From positions 1 through 64,000 of the IMG/VR virus record IMGVR_UViG_3300026484_000105: DNA of 64,000 nt; one strand, written 5' to 3'. The stretch comes from a virus. The notes below the pieces were generated by a model that was not told the origin of the DNA, ran no database searches, and was given only the letters and a program-made list of their open reading frames with translations. Below are positions 51,601-61,306 of the stretch, piece after piece (position 1 is the stretch's first letter; every line of letters begins with the position of its first letter). The translations under genes and the position numbers were made by a program.

Positions 51601-54600
51601 TTAGGTAAAATACTTCTAACCAAAACAGCAGAAACATTTACAGAAACATCTAAAGATAAAGTAAGTAAAATTATAACTTCTAGTAAAGACAAGATAGAAG
51701 AAATAAAAGATATAGATGTTAGTAAGGTAAAAGACATTAAGGTATCTGATGCTACGCAGTATGCTATGGATACTGTAGTGACTGCTAAGGTAAAAAGTAA
51801 GCAGTTAAAAGATGACTTTAAGAAAACTGAACTATATAAATCAGCAGAAGATAAATATAAAACAGTAGAAAGTTCCATTAGTAGTAAAATAGATAAGACT
51901 ATAACCGTTACTAAAAAAGCAGAAATATTATCAGAAGTGGATAATGTACTACTTGATAATATAATAAAAGTACAGAAGTCTAATGTAGATGAGGTACTTA
52001 AAAAAGAGAGAATAAGCAAACTAAACGAGTCTAGACAAAAAATAAAAGCAGCTGATGTAAGTAAACTAAGACCAAAAGATTTAACTAGACTAGTTAGTGA
52101 TAGTCTAAGTCCTTTAAAAGACATAATTACAGCAGATATAAAAACAAAAGCTTTGGATGCAAAAGATAATATATCAAGCAAAAAAGACGAGTTTATAAGT
52201 AAAGTACAGGATAAGGTACCTGCATTAAAAACTACTGGTAACTTTTCAGAACAATTAACTACAGCTAAAACATATACTTTAGATAAAGTAGATACCGTAA
52301 AAGATACTACAACTAATATATTGCCTGCAATACCCAATCCTAATTCATTTAGTATAAATGATATTAAGTTAAAAATAGTAGGCTTCTTAGATAAATCTTT
52401 TAAAGAGTTGGAGAAAGTAGAAGACTATTTAAATAAGAATCCAGATGAGGCTAAAGATAATTCTGACAAAGTAAATAAGATTAGAAAGAATTTAGCTACA
52501 TTAAGAAATACAAATCCAGAAGATAAAGAAACTGTATCTACTCTTACAAAAACAATTAAAGAGGATATAGAATCACTAGTAGATAAGATTCTACCATCTG
52601 AAAAACTTAGTAAGACATATAGTGCTGAAGATATAGAAAAAGAAAGAGCTAAAGATAGAGCTAAAGAGAAAGAAAGTACCGAGAACAGTCTTTTAGATAT
52701 AATTAATTCTGATGATCCGTTAGGTACTCTTAAGAATAAGCTTAAAAGGGCTGCAACCAGTAGGATAAAATCCACTGCTACAGGTGCAGTTAAAGCAGCA
52801 TTTAATTTTATTAAGAGAGATGCTGAAAGAGGTAAAAGACTAAGAAGTTATCTTAAAAAGAAATTATTCAATAAGAAGAAAACAGGTCCAGGGATACTCC
52901 ATAGATCCTTAAATAAAGTACTCAATGCGACAGGCAAGGTAATCACAACTGTAGGTACCACTGGAGCAAATGTCGTAAAAGCGGATATCGATAATGGTGA
53001 GAAACTAAGGGATAAATTAAAGAATCTATTTAATAAAAAGAGGAATACAGAAACTATAAAGGAAGATGTTCCTGCAAATAGAATAGATTATAAAGAAGAA
53101 AAGAAAAATGGTCCTGGTATAGTTGGGTCAGCAAATAAAGTAAATTCTGCTTTTGATAGGGACGGGTCTGGTCATAGAGATGGGTCATGGTTGGACAGAC
53201 TTAAGAAAAAGAAAGATGTGCTTAAAAATAAGAATAAAACATTTTTAGCTAAAGCAAAAGATAGTAGTTTTAGTTGGTTGCCTATATTATTAGGAGCTTT
53301 TAGTTTTATTAAGCCGTTATTGAGTAAGTTGGTATCTGGAATAAAGAATCTTGGTAGTTTTATTGTTAAGGGTATTGGTAAGGCATTTAAGTCAGTTGGT
53401 AGTTTTCTATTAAATGGTATAAAAGGTATATTCGGTAGTCTTGGTAAAATGTTGGCTGGTCCATTGAATGCAGTAAAAGATGTAGCCTCTAAGGGTCTAG
53501 ATAAAACTAAAGAATTAGCCAGTAAAGCAGCCGACAAAGTTAAGGGTATAGGTGCTGCTGTATATAATAAAGCTAAAACCTTCGGAAGTAAAGTAATTAA
53601 TGGTATGAAGAATACCAAGGGTGGTAAACTTATTGCTAATGGTATTAAAACTACCAAAGATGCTATAACAAGTGTTGGCAGTAAAGCTATAAGTACTTTG
53701 GAAAATAGTAGAGTTGGAAAAGCTACTACTAAACTTGTTGGTAAAGCAGTAGAAAAGGTTCCCACTAAAAGCATCCTTAATTTATTGAAATCGTTTAAGT
53801 CTACAATATTTAAAAAGCTAGGTAAACGAGCAGGTAGTAAAGTTGCTGCTAAATTGGCTGCGAAAACTGCGGCTAGAGTCATTCCTTTTGCAGGTACTGC
53901 ATTGTTGGCATATGATGCGGCTAAGATAGGTTATGATATGTTCCATAATGGTACTAGTCTTAAGAGTGCTATTTCTAAACAGATACTTGGTTTTGATTTA
54001 TTTGGAGATGAGGCAGCTAAAGATGAAGATGGCAATCTTATTAAACCAGATGAAAAGGGTGTGACGAAGTCTAGTACTGGCGATCACATTGATACAGAAA
54101 GAAAAGAGAGCAATAAGGAAACAGCTAAGGTTAAAGATGGGGATTCCATTAAACCAAATGAAAAGAGGGTAAAGAGATCCATTGTAAAAAGACCTCCTGT
54201 AAAGAGATCCAGTACCGATGACTACATTGATGCTGAAAGAAGAGAGGACGATAAGGAAGCTGCTAGAATTGAAAGGGAATTAGTGAATAAGAAATTTACT
54301 GTAAAATCTAGAGATGTTATTGTAGATAAGTATGGTTCTACTATAAGAACGAGATCCAAAAAAGAGTTAATCGCAAATCCAGATGTCGATTCTAAAGGGG
54401 CAAATGGCATTAATAAAGTAGGTGGATCACCTGTTAAGATGGGAGGAATTAAAAACAAAGTTCTACCAATGACCCCTATTAATAATGAAAAATTCAAACC
54501 TGTTTCAAAATACGATATTCTTAATTCGTTAGCTATTATACAAAAACAAATAGAAGTAGATAGGGGAAAACTCAAAAAGAGAGTAAACACAAATGGCAAG

Positions 54601-56112
54601 ATGGGAATGCTTAATGCGTCATCTTGGGTATTAGGTAGCATTATAGACGAGGTTAGCAATATACCAGACGGTCCTAACTTTACAATTAAGCTTAATGAGT
54701 TAGATAAGGATATGATTGATGTTGCGTCTTCTACCTTGGCTAGATATCCTAAAATAGATCTTAAAGCCATATTTAAGACAGGTAGAGTACAAAAGCTACC
54801 TAAACCAATTATAGAGAAAGAAGAAGTAAAAGAAAAAACTAGCGTATTTGATAAAGGATTAAATCTTTTAAATAAGGCTAAGAATAAAATAACTTCATTC
54901 TTTGGTTTCAATTCAGATAAGAAGAAAGAAGCAACAAAAGATATTATATCTAATAATAAAAATAAGAAAGTAGGGACTGTAGCTAAAATAGATAAGTTAC
55001 CAGTTAATACAGGTGATTTAGTTAGTGACCTTAAAAGGGATGAGGGCGTAGTTCTACATACATATAAAGATAGTCTAGGTTTAAAAACCATAGGTACTGG
55101 TCACTTAGTAGATAAAAAAGGTGGTATTCCTTTACGTAAGATAATTGGTGAAGACAAAGATAAAATATCTATGGAGGAAAATGATTATATTTTACAATAT
55201 GATATAGGTCAAGTTAGTAAAGATTTATATTCTAGGTTACCATGGCTTAAAGATAAGCCAGATAATGTACAGAAGTCATTAGTTAATATGGCCTTTAATC
55301 TTGGCGTTGACGGGTTACTTAAATTTAAAAATACTTTAAAAAGTATAAAGAATGATGAGTACACGAATGCTTCTAGAGGAATGCTTAATAGTAAATGGGC
55401 TAGACAAGTTGGTAACAGAGCTACTAGATTAGCTAGTATAGTTGCGTCTACAGAGTATGATTCTAACAGTACATCTAAGACTGAGAATAAAACAGATAGT
55501 TCAGTTGCAAGTAAACCATCTATGAAATTAGCATCCAAAGTAAAAGATGTTGTGAGTCCTAGTAATAATGTTACTTATAATAAAGCTGGAACAACTACCG
55601 TAAGATTTAATGGTAAAGATTTAAAATTAACTAAACAGCAAGCATCTGTTTTAAGTAATTTTAAGGCAAACGGTAAAACACAGGATGCTCTTAGTCTATT
55701 ATCAAATATATCTAATGGACATAAAACAGATAGTCTAGTTAGTGTAGATAAAGATACTAATAAACAAAGAATATCTAAGACGTTAGCTATGAATAGTGAT
55801 ACTAATAAGGTAATGTCTGTTGAAAGCAATAAAACACTTAGTGCTGTTGCAGAACATGGTGCAATACAAACAGATGAACTAAAAGCACTTAATACCACAA
55901 TGAAGACATCTCTTGAAATACAAAAAGAGACACTTAATGTAATTAGAGAGATGGTTGGTCATACTGGTAAGATAGTTGAACATAATAAAGATAGTACTGC
56001 AGAGGGTGGTAGTGGTCAGAAAGAACACGAGCATCCAAATAAAGCAGTGCCAGCAATAGAAAAAGAAGTACCACAACCAGGTATCTTTTTAGAGAAAAGA
56101 AAATACGCATAA
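48637..56112 (+). CDS. giant tail protein (phiKZ gp181-like, probable tape measure) with GH24 lysozyme domain
   Basis: Divergent from the gp180-like gene; RKSLELQYR, NSALPDLVK, IIPGLLSKI; lysozyme DEG...YKDSLG..TIGTGH...NMAFNLG...SKWARQVGNRA at about 55021-55440. Confidence 0.85.
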   Translation: MAAVDDIDLDDMDFEDDDMDFGFDDPFSEPPPPKDTREAVSRTINKVGSSFMDDFTDDKAETAAAFVKESIPSKISVEANNIINVGESFKKDILKSSSEVAEATKPMLKAIEGLVPKGGKIETLVNLAKEKLGMNDEHRTSEDVAADAAAMATSSVVNVLGEMQDRDTIRETITASIADKKTQSQLDLSAIQAGHLEAISNFNIDVTNSFYRKSLELQYRHLFTTTEQLDVTKQGFETFKNQLESIVANSALPDLVKTRNSEFMKHRLLERAGESLFARTGVFDNIKKRLSNEVQGVTSVLTSGITSLGDAADMVKSTSEMSAMAGGTEGMVGGLLAGGVRGLVGTKVGDILGKTKVGKKGIELVRNFNLDPSEALKDMADNRPDGVFKNILETLGDFTENKDAEASYSINKVDRDNVSVFDGRAHTSLTKIIPGLLSKILKEVSSSRTGKEEDELRYDYDTGTFKTTSSLKNEITEKIQNDLVSSGVNRNVEGIITTIVEETNLNVDDDEIAEIKQALLSYVIKGKRLLVNKLEEDGLYDELDPKLSKKFKKAITDFTETKDDDLNYKRVRHLNNELGYIKDRAPSPQELLNKYSDAGSIDLLKDAGIVELDSVTGEYKLDNASYKTHMTTAIKTAKDKDQEEEEEPKTIAEKLAEKYIKKKKKDVDSITQEEEEEAPINKGFINRAKGKVSSFGGTIEQDIINTIDGKHDIGGKAKRFAKEANKYVTGKEDLSGYKFSTESNLKNNLAPQTKRRSLLGDFKTVKTELSEIHSVDDALNKARNIDNFKDTESKIKAINDLVSSSKDPKDFIEKIKETDDYKKLSTDIKNHIDKLESKVPTVKTEAKKFVEDRVSDLKDNSHYKNIVESDIVKDSKAKAKTLVKTVKDSKIVSDIKDSELANKVTTDITLLKDRVSKLTELTDLNNIVTELWTKASEHYDYLETLEDTKSNRAKKKELYRYIRFLENIRLDKLDPKDAKLKVSKATVKLGKILLTKTAETFTETSKDKVSKIITSSKDKIEEIKDIDVSKVKDIKVSDATQYAMDTVVTAKVKSKQLKDDFKKTELYKSAEDKYKTVESSISSKIDKTITVTKKAEILSEVDNVLLDNIIKVQKSNVDEVLKKERISKLNESRQKIKAADVSKLRPKDLTRLVSDSLSPLKDIITADIKTKALDAKDNISSKKDEFISKVQDKVPALKTTGNFSEQLTTAKTYTLDKVDTVKDTTTNILPAIPNPNSFSINDIKLKIVGFLDKSFKELEKVEDYLNKNPDEAKDNSDKVNKIRKNLATLRNTNPEDKETVSTLTKTIKEDIESLVDKILPSEKLSKTYSAEDIEKERAKDRAKEKESTENSLLDIINSDDPLGTLKNKLKRAATSRIKSTATGAVKAAFNFIKRDAERGKRLRSYLKKKLFNKKKTGPGILHRSLNKVLNATGKVITTVGTTGANVVKADIDNGEKLRDKLKNLFNKKRNTETIKEDVPANRIDYKEEKKNGPGIVGSANKVNSAFDRDGSGHRDGSWLDRLKKKKDVLKNKNKTFLAKAKDSSFSWLPILLGAFSFIKPLLSKLVSGIKNLGSFIVKGIGKAFKSVGSFLLNGIKGIFGSLGKMLAGPLNAVKDVASKGLDKTKELASKAADKVKGIGAAVYNKAKTFGSKVINGMKNTKGGKLIANGIKTTKDAITSVGSKAISTLENSRVGKATTKLVGKAVEKVPTKSILNLLKSFKSTIFKKLGKRAGSKVAAKLAAKTAARVIPFAGTALLAYDAAKIGYDMFHNGTSLKSAISKQILGFDLFGDEAAKDEDGNLIKPDEKGVTKSSTGDHIDTERKESNKETAKVKDGDSIKPNEKRVKRSIVKRPPVKRSSTDDYIDAERREDDKEAARIERELVNKKFTVKSRDVIVDKYGSTIRTRSKKELIANPDVDSKGANGINKVGGSPVKMGGIKNKVLPMTPINNEKFKPVSKYDILNSLAIIQKQIEVDRGKLKKRVNTNGKMGMLNASSWVLGSIIDEVSNIPDGPNFTIKLNELDKDMIDVASSTLARYPKIDLKAIFKTGRVQKLPKPIIEKEEVKEKTSVFDKGLNLLNKAKNKITSFFGFNSDKKKEATKDIISNNKNKKVGTVAKIDKLPVNTGDLVSDLKRDEGVVLHTYKDSLGLKTIGTGHLVDKKGGIPLRKIIGEDKDKISMEENDYILQYDIGQVSKDLYSRLPWLKDKPDNVQKSLVNMAFNLGVDGLLKFKNTLKSIKNDEYTNASRGMLNSKWARQVGNRATRLASIVASTEYDSNSTSKTENKTDSSVASKPSMKLASKVKDVVSPSNNVTYNKAGTTTVRFNGKDLKLTKQQASVLSNFKANGKTQDALSLLSNISNGHKTDSLVSVDKDTNKQRISKTLAMNSDTNKVMSVESNKTLSAVAEHGAIQTDELKALNTTMKTSLEIQKETLNVIREMVGHTGKIVEHNKDSTAEGGSGQKEHEHPNKAVPAIEKEVPQPGIFLEKRKYA

Positions 56113-56140
56113 CTAGTATAGGATAATATCCTATACTAGT
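56112..56140. terminator. palindromic hairpin between convergent genes
   Basis: ACTAGTATAGGATA-A-TATCCTATACTAGT. Confidence 0.8.
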
Positions 56141-56143
56141 ATG

Positions 56144-56752
56144 TTAATATTCAACTTCAATATCAAAAGGAACTCCATCAAAAAGTTCTTTGTTTTTATC
56201 TGCTTTATTGTCAGATATTAATTTTAAGATAGCATCATCCCATTTATCTCTAGGAGTACTTTTAAACATTTTAAATAAAGACTGTATAACAAATACATAT
56301 CTAGTAGATGGGTAGTTGTATTGTGTTATTTTAGAATTCATGCCATGTATGCTGTTTTTATCAACATCAAAACTAGTAAATACAACATCATCTTTAAGCT
56401 TCATTAAACCATTAATTAATTTCTCATCACTAACGATTCTTAAATATGTTAGATGTGTTAGTATGGCAATGTAGTTAACAACTTTAACTTCTTTACTTTT
56501 AGGTATCTTATTAATATCTTTAAAAGTAAGTTTGTTTTTGGTAAGTAATCTTCTTGGATACATAGGAGTTACTATAAAATCCATAGCTGTACGCAAACAA
56601 GTTATTTTACCTATTAAAGTATTAGTCGCATTAAACGTCGCTCCAAAGGCTAATTTTCTACCGATTATACTCGGCGTACGCGCGCTTATATTAACATAAT
56701 CAGTGTCTTCTTTGCCACCCATTGGAATTTTTGGTAAATCAATAGCTTGCAT
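56144..56752 (-). CDS. hypothetical protein
   Basis: EDTDYVNI...SIIGRKL; TAATG coupling. Confidence 0.65.
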   Translation of the reverse strand: MQAIDLPKIPMGGKEDTDYVNISARTPSIIGRKLAFGATFNATNTLIGKITCLRTAMDFIVTPMYPRRLLTKNKLTFKDINKIPKSKEVKVVNYIAILTHLTYLRIVSDEKLINGLMKLKDDVVFTSFDVDKNSIHGMNSKITQYNYPSTRYVFVIQSLFKMFKSTPRDKWDDAILKLISDNKADKNKELFDGVPFDIEVEY

Positions 56753-57204
56753 TATTTTTCTCTCCCATCCATAATATCTACGATAGTTTTAATACCGTAT
56801 ATTCTAACTAACAATAAAGTAGTTATAAATACTGATACATTGCCATTTTTTAATTGCCCTACAAGAGCTGTCGGTAATGTATCTGAACTATTAACCTTTG
56901 AAATAGTAGTTATTATAGATTTAGAAAGGTTATCTAAATCAATACCACGTAACATCATTTCTAGGTGTAGTGAATTAATAAAATCAAGAACAACATCTTG
57001 CGCCTCTGCCTTTTCCGTAAGCGCATTGAGTATCTCATTTATCGCTGTTTTAGTAAAGAAGGTATTTATGTTTACCTTATTTAAAAAGTTCATAAAGTTA
57101 AACAGAATAGTTAAGTCATCTATATTTAATGTAAAATTATCTATAGTTGATTTTACGCTCTCAGTTATTACGTCTTTAATATCGTTATTTCTCATTCTCA
57201 TCAT
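56752..57204 (-). CDS. hypothetical protein
   Basis: Coupled operon. Confidence 0.6.
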   Translation of the reverse strand: MMRMRNNDIKDVITESVKSTIDNFTLNIDDLTILFNFMNFLNKVNINTFFTKTAINEILNALTEKAEAQDVVLDFINSLHLEMMLRGIDLDNLSKSIITTISKVNSSDTLPTALVGQLKNGNVSVFITTLLLVRIYGIKTIVDIMDGREK

Positions 57205-57898
57205 CCTTCATCGCAGAAACAGTATGCACGCTTATTGTTCTATTTGCATTTAAAATTTCTACAGTTAATCTTATTTTTCTAACTAGAAGTATATTAAAAG
57301 TTAAATCCATATATGTCTTCCATGTTATCTCTTTAGCAATAAGAGAACTATTTAGCGAAGATCTAGGTTTGCTCTTTAGATTAGTATTCTTAGATATTAT
57401 TTCTAAGTGGTTTTCTACTAATTCCTTAGTTTGTTTATTTAAACCTAAATCCGTTAAACACTCTTTTAATAATGCACCTAATATTGAATTTTCCTTTTCC
57501 ATATATAGTCTATCAGTTTTTTCAATAAGTAATATATGCAACGATTCATTTTTATCATCTACATTCTTAAGTTTAAACTTTTTGATCATATCTTCTGTAT
57601 GCGTCAAAGTTATCATTACCTTAAGTTTTCTAACTCTTAATAAATTAAATGTTAGGTCTATAAACGTTTTCCATGTTATCTCGTTAGCGGTTATATTATT
57701 TATTAAAGAAGACCTAGTCTTCCTTTTCTGTATCTTTATATCTTTATCATTAGCATTTTTTATATATCTGTTAATGAGAAATTCTATTTTATTTATAAGA
57801 TTAAGCTCCATAAGTATTCTATGGAACAATTTGCCTAAAATTGAATTTTCTTTACTATTGGAAACATTACTGTCAATTTTACTCAACTTACCTTTCAT
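57185..57898 (-). CDS. hypothetical protein with duplicated domain
   Basis: KENSILG...RSSL...EITWKT..DLTFN.L.VRK occurs twice. Confidence 0.75.
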   Translation of the reverse strand: MKGKLSKIDSNVSNSKENSILGKLFHRILMELNLINKIEFLINRYIKNANDKDIKIQKRKTRSSLINNITANEITWKTFIDLTFNLLRVRKLKVMITLTHTEDMIKKFKLKNVDDKNESLHILLIEKTDRLYMEKENSILGALLKECLTDLGLNKQTKELVENHLEIISKNTNLKSKPRSSLNSSLIAKEITWKTYMDLTFNILLVRKIRLTVEILNANRTISVHTVSAMKDDENEK

Positions 57899-57974
57899 GT
57901 GTTTCTCCTATACCTACTCTACTTAAGGTAACTTCTTTTTTTGTTTTTTAAGTTTATGCTTTCTTTTTACATTA

Positions 57975-58484
57975 CTATTCCTTTTCTATTTGATTTTCAA
58001 TAAGTACATCTACGATGTCTTCTATATTAATAATATATGGTCTTAATTTAATCGAGATACCATATTCTTTTGTTCTAGACATATCTTTAGTTAAATACTC
58101 ATATCGCTTAGCTAGTTCTAATGCAGTGGATGAATACTTCTTCCATAAATTTTCAGGTTCAGTAATTATCTTCATAGACGAATCTGTAAACCATAAGTTA
58201 AATCTTAAATCTTTTATAGAGTTTTCAGTTACCCTTTTTATATTTACAGAATCATTATCAAGTCCTTTTATAATATCATTCATAACATCTATGTAATCAA
58301 ATACATTTAATTCTAGACTTCTAATCCTAAGACTATTATAGTTATCTGAATAGGGTTCTATCTTAATGTTTCTATCAATACATTTTAATTTATCTATTAG
58401 AGTTTTACAATTATAACATTCTTTATAATAAAATATTTTCTTAAATATATTTAACAAAACTACTCCTTTAATATTTTTAATCAA
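57975..58484 (-). CDS. hypothetical protein
   Basis: 169-aa ORF; start uncertain. Confidence 0.55.
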   Translation of the reverse strand: MIKNIKGVVLLNIFKKIFYYKECYNCKTLIDKLKCIDRNIKIEPYSDNYNSLRIRSLELNVFDYIDVMNDIIKGLDNDSVNIKRVTENSIKDLRFNLWFTDSSMKIITEPENLWKKYSSTALELAKRYEYLTKDMSRTKEYGISIKLRPYIINIEDIVDVLIENQIEKE

Positions 58485-58543
58485 ACATTAGTAAATCTTA
58501 TAAATGATATTTTAATGATATTACTATTTAAAAGGGATAAGCT

Positions 58544-58954
58544 ATGGCAGAACAAAATAACGGTATGTTTAATAGTGCTGATTTAGCAGTATTTAAGAAA
58601 ACCAATGATTTAAGATTAAAACTAATAGACAGCATGACTGAAGACGATGTACCTACTAGAAGTGGAGACATCCGTGTTCTTAACGAAACATTAGATGCTG
58701 CAGATAGACAAGTTATGGAGCTTGCTAAGATTAAAGTTAAACAGCAAGAGAATGAAGGCAATGCTAGAACACTTAACATGGTCGCAGAGATTCTGGGTAG
58801 AGTTAGTGCAAGTGGCGATATTAAACCTATATCTAATAAAGAGATAGAGTTGCCAGATGACTATATACCAGTCGATATAGTTCCAGGTGAAACAGATACG
58901 TCTCCAGAAGAACTAGATTTAAGTACATTTATAAAGGAAGATGATGAACAGTAG
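58544..58954 (+). CDS. hypothetical protein
   Basis: SD and upstream AATGA motif; acidic C-terminus. Confidence 0.65.
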   Translation: MAEQNNGMFNSADLAVFKKTNDLRLKLIDSMTEDDVPTRSGDIRVLNETLDAADRQVMELAKIKVKQQENEGNARTLNMVAEILGRVSASGDIKPISNKEIELPDDYIPVDIVPGETDTSPEELDLSTFIKEDDEQ

Positions 58955-59771
58955 TATAAGAACTATATATGGGGTAGATTTGTCGTTAGCTAACCTTAAG
59001 GGTACAGTTTATAAACCTTTACCAAATACAACATTAAATGAAAAATTTAATATAGAAGTTAGGATACCAAATGAGAAAACGGGTAATCCTACATTAAAAG
59101 GTTTTTGTATAGGTAATGGTAATACGCCTACATTGGGTAAAAATGAAGATGGTATTTTATTCTATGGAAGATATAATGCGAATGATGGGGCTCTTCACTC
59201 ACATATTCCTTTTATAGTAAGGGAGTTAAGGTACGACTTAAGTTCTATTGATAAGAGTAAATATAGATTAAGAAAAGAGATAGTTAAAGATGGCGTTAAG
59301 TATGTGGCTTATTATATGAAAGTTATAGAACCAGTAGATAGAAAGAGTCAGATACTTGAAATAGCCGTAGCAAATGATGGTACATATGGCATTAGTAACT
59401 ACAACACTAACGATGCTTCTATCCTAAATCCAACCGAAATCGAAACAGAGCAAATAAGTAAGTCGGTAACGAATAAATATATAGTTATATCTGACCAGAT
59501 AGGTTTAACTCTAAATAAAGACGAATTGGATGAAATTAGAAAGGGTATGAAAACATTAGGTCTCGATACATTAAGTAACAAAATAAATGAGTTAGCTGTA
59601 TGTACTGGACTTGATGGTATTGATGTAGTCAATCATATGGAAGAATCATTCTGTACCCAAATATTTATATTTGCTGATTTGCCGTATGAAGTTGATTTAG
59701 AGCTTATAGAAGATAAGGGTTTCTATAGGGAGATAGAGATTGGTGGGATGGAACCTATATCTATAAGATGA
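58941..59771 (+). CDS. conserved phiKZ-like virion protein
   Basis: PNTTLNEKFNI, CIGNG, HIPFIVRE, YRLRK, AYYMK, INELAVCTG, GGMEP. Confidence 0.65.
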   Translation: MMNSSIRTIYGVDLSLANLKGTVYKPLPNTTLNEKFNIEVRIPNEKTGNPTLKGFCIGNGNTPTLGKNEDGILFYGRYNANDGALHSHIPFIVRELRYDLSSIDKSKYRLRKEIVKDGVKYVAYYMKVIEPVDRKSQILEIAVANDGTYGISNYNTNDASILNPTEIETEQISKSVTNKYIVISDQIGLTLNKDELDEIRKGMKTLGLDTLSNKINELAVCTGLDGIDVVNHMEESFCTQIFIFADLPYEVDLELIEDKGFYREIEIGGMEPISIR

Positions 59772-59840
59772 TGTTGGGGTCTATCACCTAACATTATTAA
59801 TATAGTCTATTTAATGAATAACTTAAAAAGAGAGTACAAG

Positions 59841-60434
59841 ATGTTAAGAAACATTAAAGAAATAGTACCAGATAATTTTGTGGATACAGTAAATATATTA
59901 GCCATAGATCCAGGTACTACAACTGTAGGCGTGTCAGTATTTACTATAAATGTAATAACGTTTGAGCTTTTAAATGTGGAGACTATCTTAATTGATACAA
60001 GTATAAGGTTTGAACCAAGGGATTTAACAAAAGATCTTTTAATAAGATTAAATACTTTGTATAATAGAATGAAAGAACTAATAGCCTATTATGATCCACA
60101 TTTAGTAAGTGTAGAAAATGGTTTCATAAATAGACTTAGACCAGCTGCATACGGTCCATTATCACAGTCTATTATGGCTATAGAGTTAGCCGCTATGGAC
60201 GTCAATCCGTTTATAAAGATATTTAAATTTGCACCTAAAACTATAAAGAAAGTCACTACTGCTGGCGGTGCTGCTGGTAAGGTAGATATGTTGGTTGGTG
60301 TTAAAAATATAAATGAGATAACGAGATATATAAATCCAGATTTAATTAGTGAGCATGAGGTAGATAGTATAGCTGTTAATTATACTATGTTACAGTATTT
60401 AAGAGAGAATCCTATAATACTTTTAATTCTATAA
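59841..60434 (+). CDS. ruvC: RuvC-like Holliday junction resolvase
   Basis: ILAIDPG, VSVE, PKTIKK, SEHEVDSIAV; probable start MLRNIK at 59841. Confidence 0.85.
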   Translation: MLRNIKEIVPDNFVDTVNILAIDPGTTTVGVSVFTINVITFELLNVETILIDTSIRFEPRDLTKDLLIRLNTLYNRMKELIAYYDPHLVSVENGFINRLRPAAYGPLSQSIMAIELAAMDVNPFIKIFKFAPKTIKKVTTAGGAAGKVDMLVGVKNINEITRYINPDLISEHEVDSIAVNYTMLQYLRENPIILLIL

Positions 60435-60446
60435 AAAAGGAAAACA

Positions 60447-60941
60447 ATGATAAATTTAGCAATGTTAAAAAATAACAAATGGATAATGATTGGGTTAGTG
60501 CTAATACTTATGATATTAATTTATTTGATTATAGGTAAAGTGGATAACTTATTACATCCAAATTTAGATAAACAAATGGCAAGACAACATGTGGCTGATA
60601 AGGTTATTATAAACGAAGTTGTTAAGAAAAATAAAGAGTTACACGAAATAGTTGTAAAGGATAAAAAAGCTAGCGAGTTAACGATAGGAGTTACTAATAA
60701 GTATACTGATGAAAAGGTAAAAAAGGATAGTAAGGTTGATAAGAAAACATCTGATTTAAATATGAAACAAAAAATATTAGAAAACAAATCAAATGTTAGG
60801 GATTTGCCGTTAGGTAATGATAAGCGTACGTTGGCACAGAAGATACTGGATGACAATGATTACCAAAGAAGATTGGAAATTGAGTCTGCCAAAGTAAATA
60901 TAAGCGCCATATACGCAGTATATGCTATTGTAAAAGAGTAA
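60447..60941 (+). CDS. i-spanin (Rz-like)
   Basis: Single N-terminal TM helix followed by charged coiled coil; abuts the lipoprotein gene. Confidence 0.65.
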   Translation: MINLAMLKNNKWIMIGLVLILMILIYLIIGKVDNLLHPNLDKQMARQHVADKVIINEVVKKNKELHEIVVKDKKASELTIGVTNKYTDEKVKKDSKVDKKTSDLNMKQKILENKSNVRDLPLGNDKRTLAQKILDDNDYQRRLEIESAKVNISAIYAVYAIVKE

Positions 60942-61280
60942 ATGATGTTAAAATATATTATGATTGGTATAATGACTATTTTCTTAACTGGTTGTCTTGG
61001 TACTCCTGAACCAGTAATACAAACTAAGATAGTCTATGTAGATAAAAAGATATTGGTTAGTCCTCCAAAACATTTGTTGGAGTCGGTAGATATTCCAAAA
61101 CCGCCAAATAAGGAAGTATTTATACATACAGATAATGTTACAAGATTGAACATGATTAGTAAATATACGATAAGTTTATTGAAAGCACTTGGTGATAGTA
61201 ATGCCAAAATAAAAGCCATACATGATTGGAGTTCAAGTATGGATAAAGTTTATAACGACAAGGAAGATTATCATAAGTAA
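60942..61280 (+). CDS. o-spanin (Rz1-like lipoprotein)
   Basis: Signal peptide with lipobox LTGC; Pro-rich PEP..SPPK..IPKPP; C-terminal helix. Confidence 0.75.
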   Translation: MMLKYIMIGIMTIFLTGCLGTPEPVIQTKIVYVDKKILVSPPKHLLESVDIPKPPNKEVFIHTDNVTRLNMISKYTISLLKALGDSNAKIKAIHDWSSSMDKVYNDKEDYHK

Positions 61281-61300
61281 CATTAATGTTACTTATGATA
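61269..61300. terminator. palindromic hairpin between convergent genes
   Basis: TATCATAAGTAACAT-TA-ATGTTACTTATGATA. Confidence 0.75.
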
Positions 61301-61306
61301 TGTCTT

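Noticed and set aside
48537-56076. Long antisense ORFs opposite the gp181-like gene (and similar shadows such as 63102-63629)
   Set aside because: Leu/Ser/Phe-rich mirror translations of Lys/Asp/Glu-rich coding strands, with no SD or motifs.
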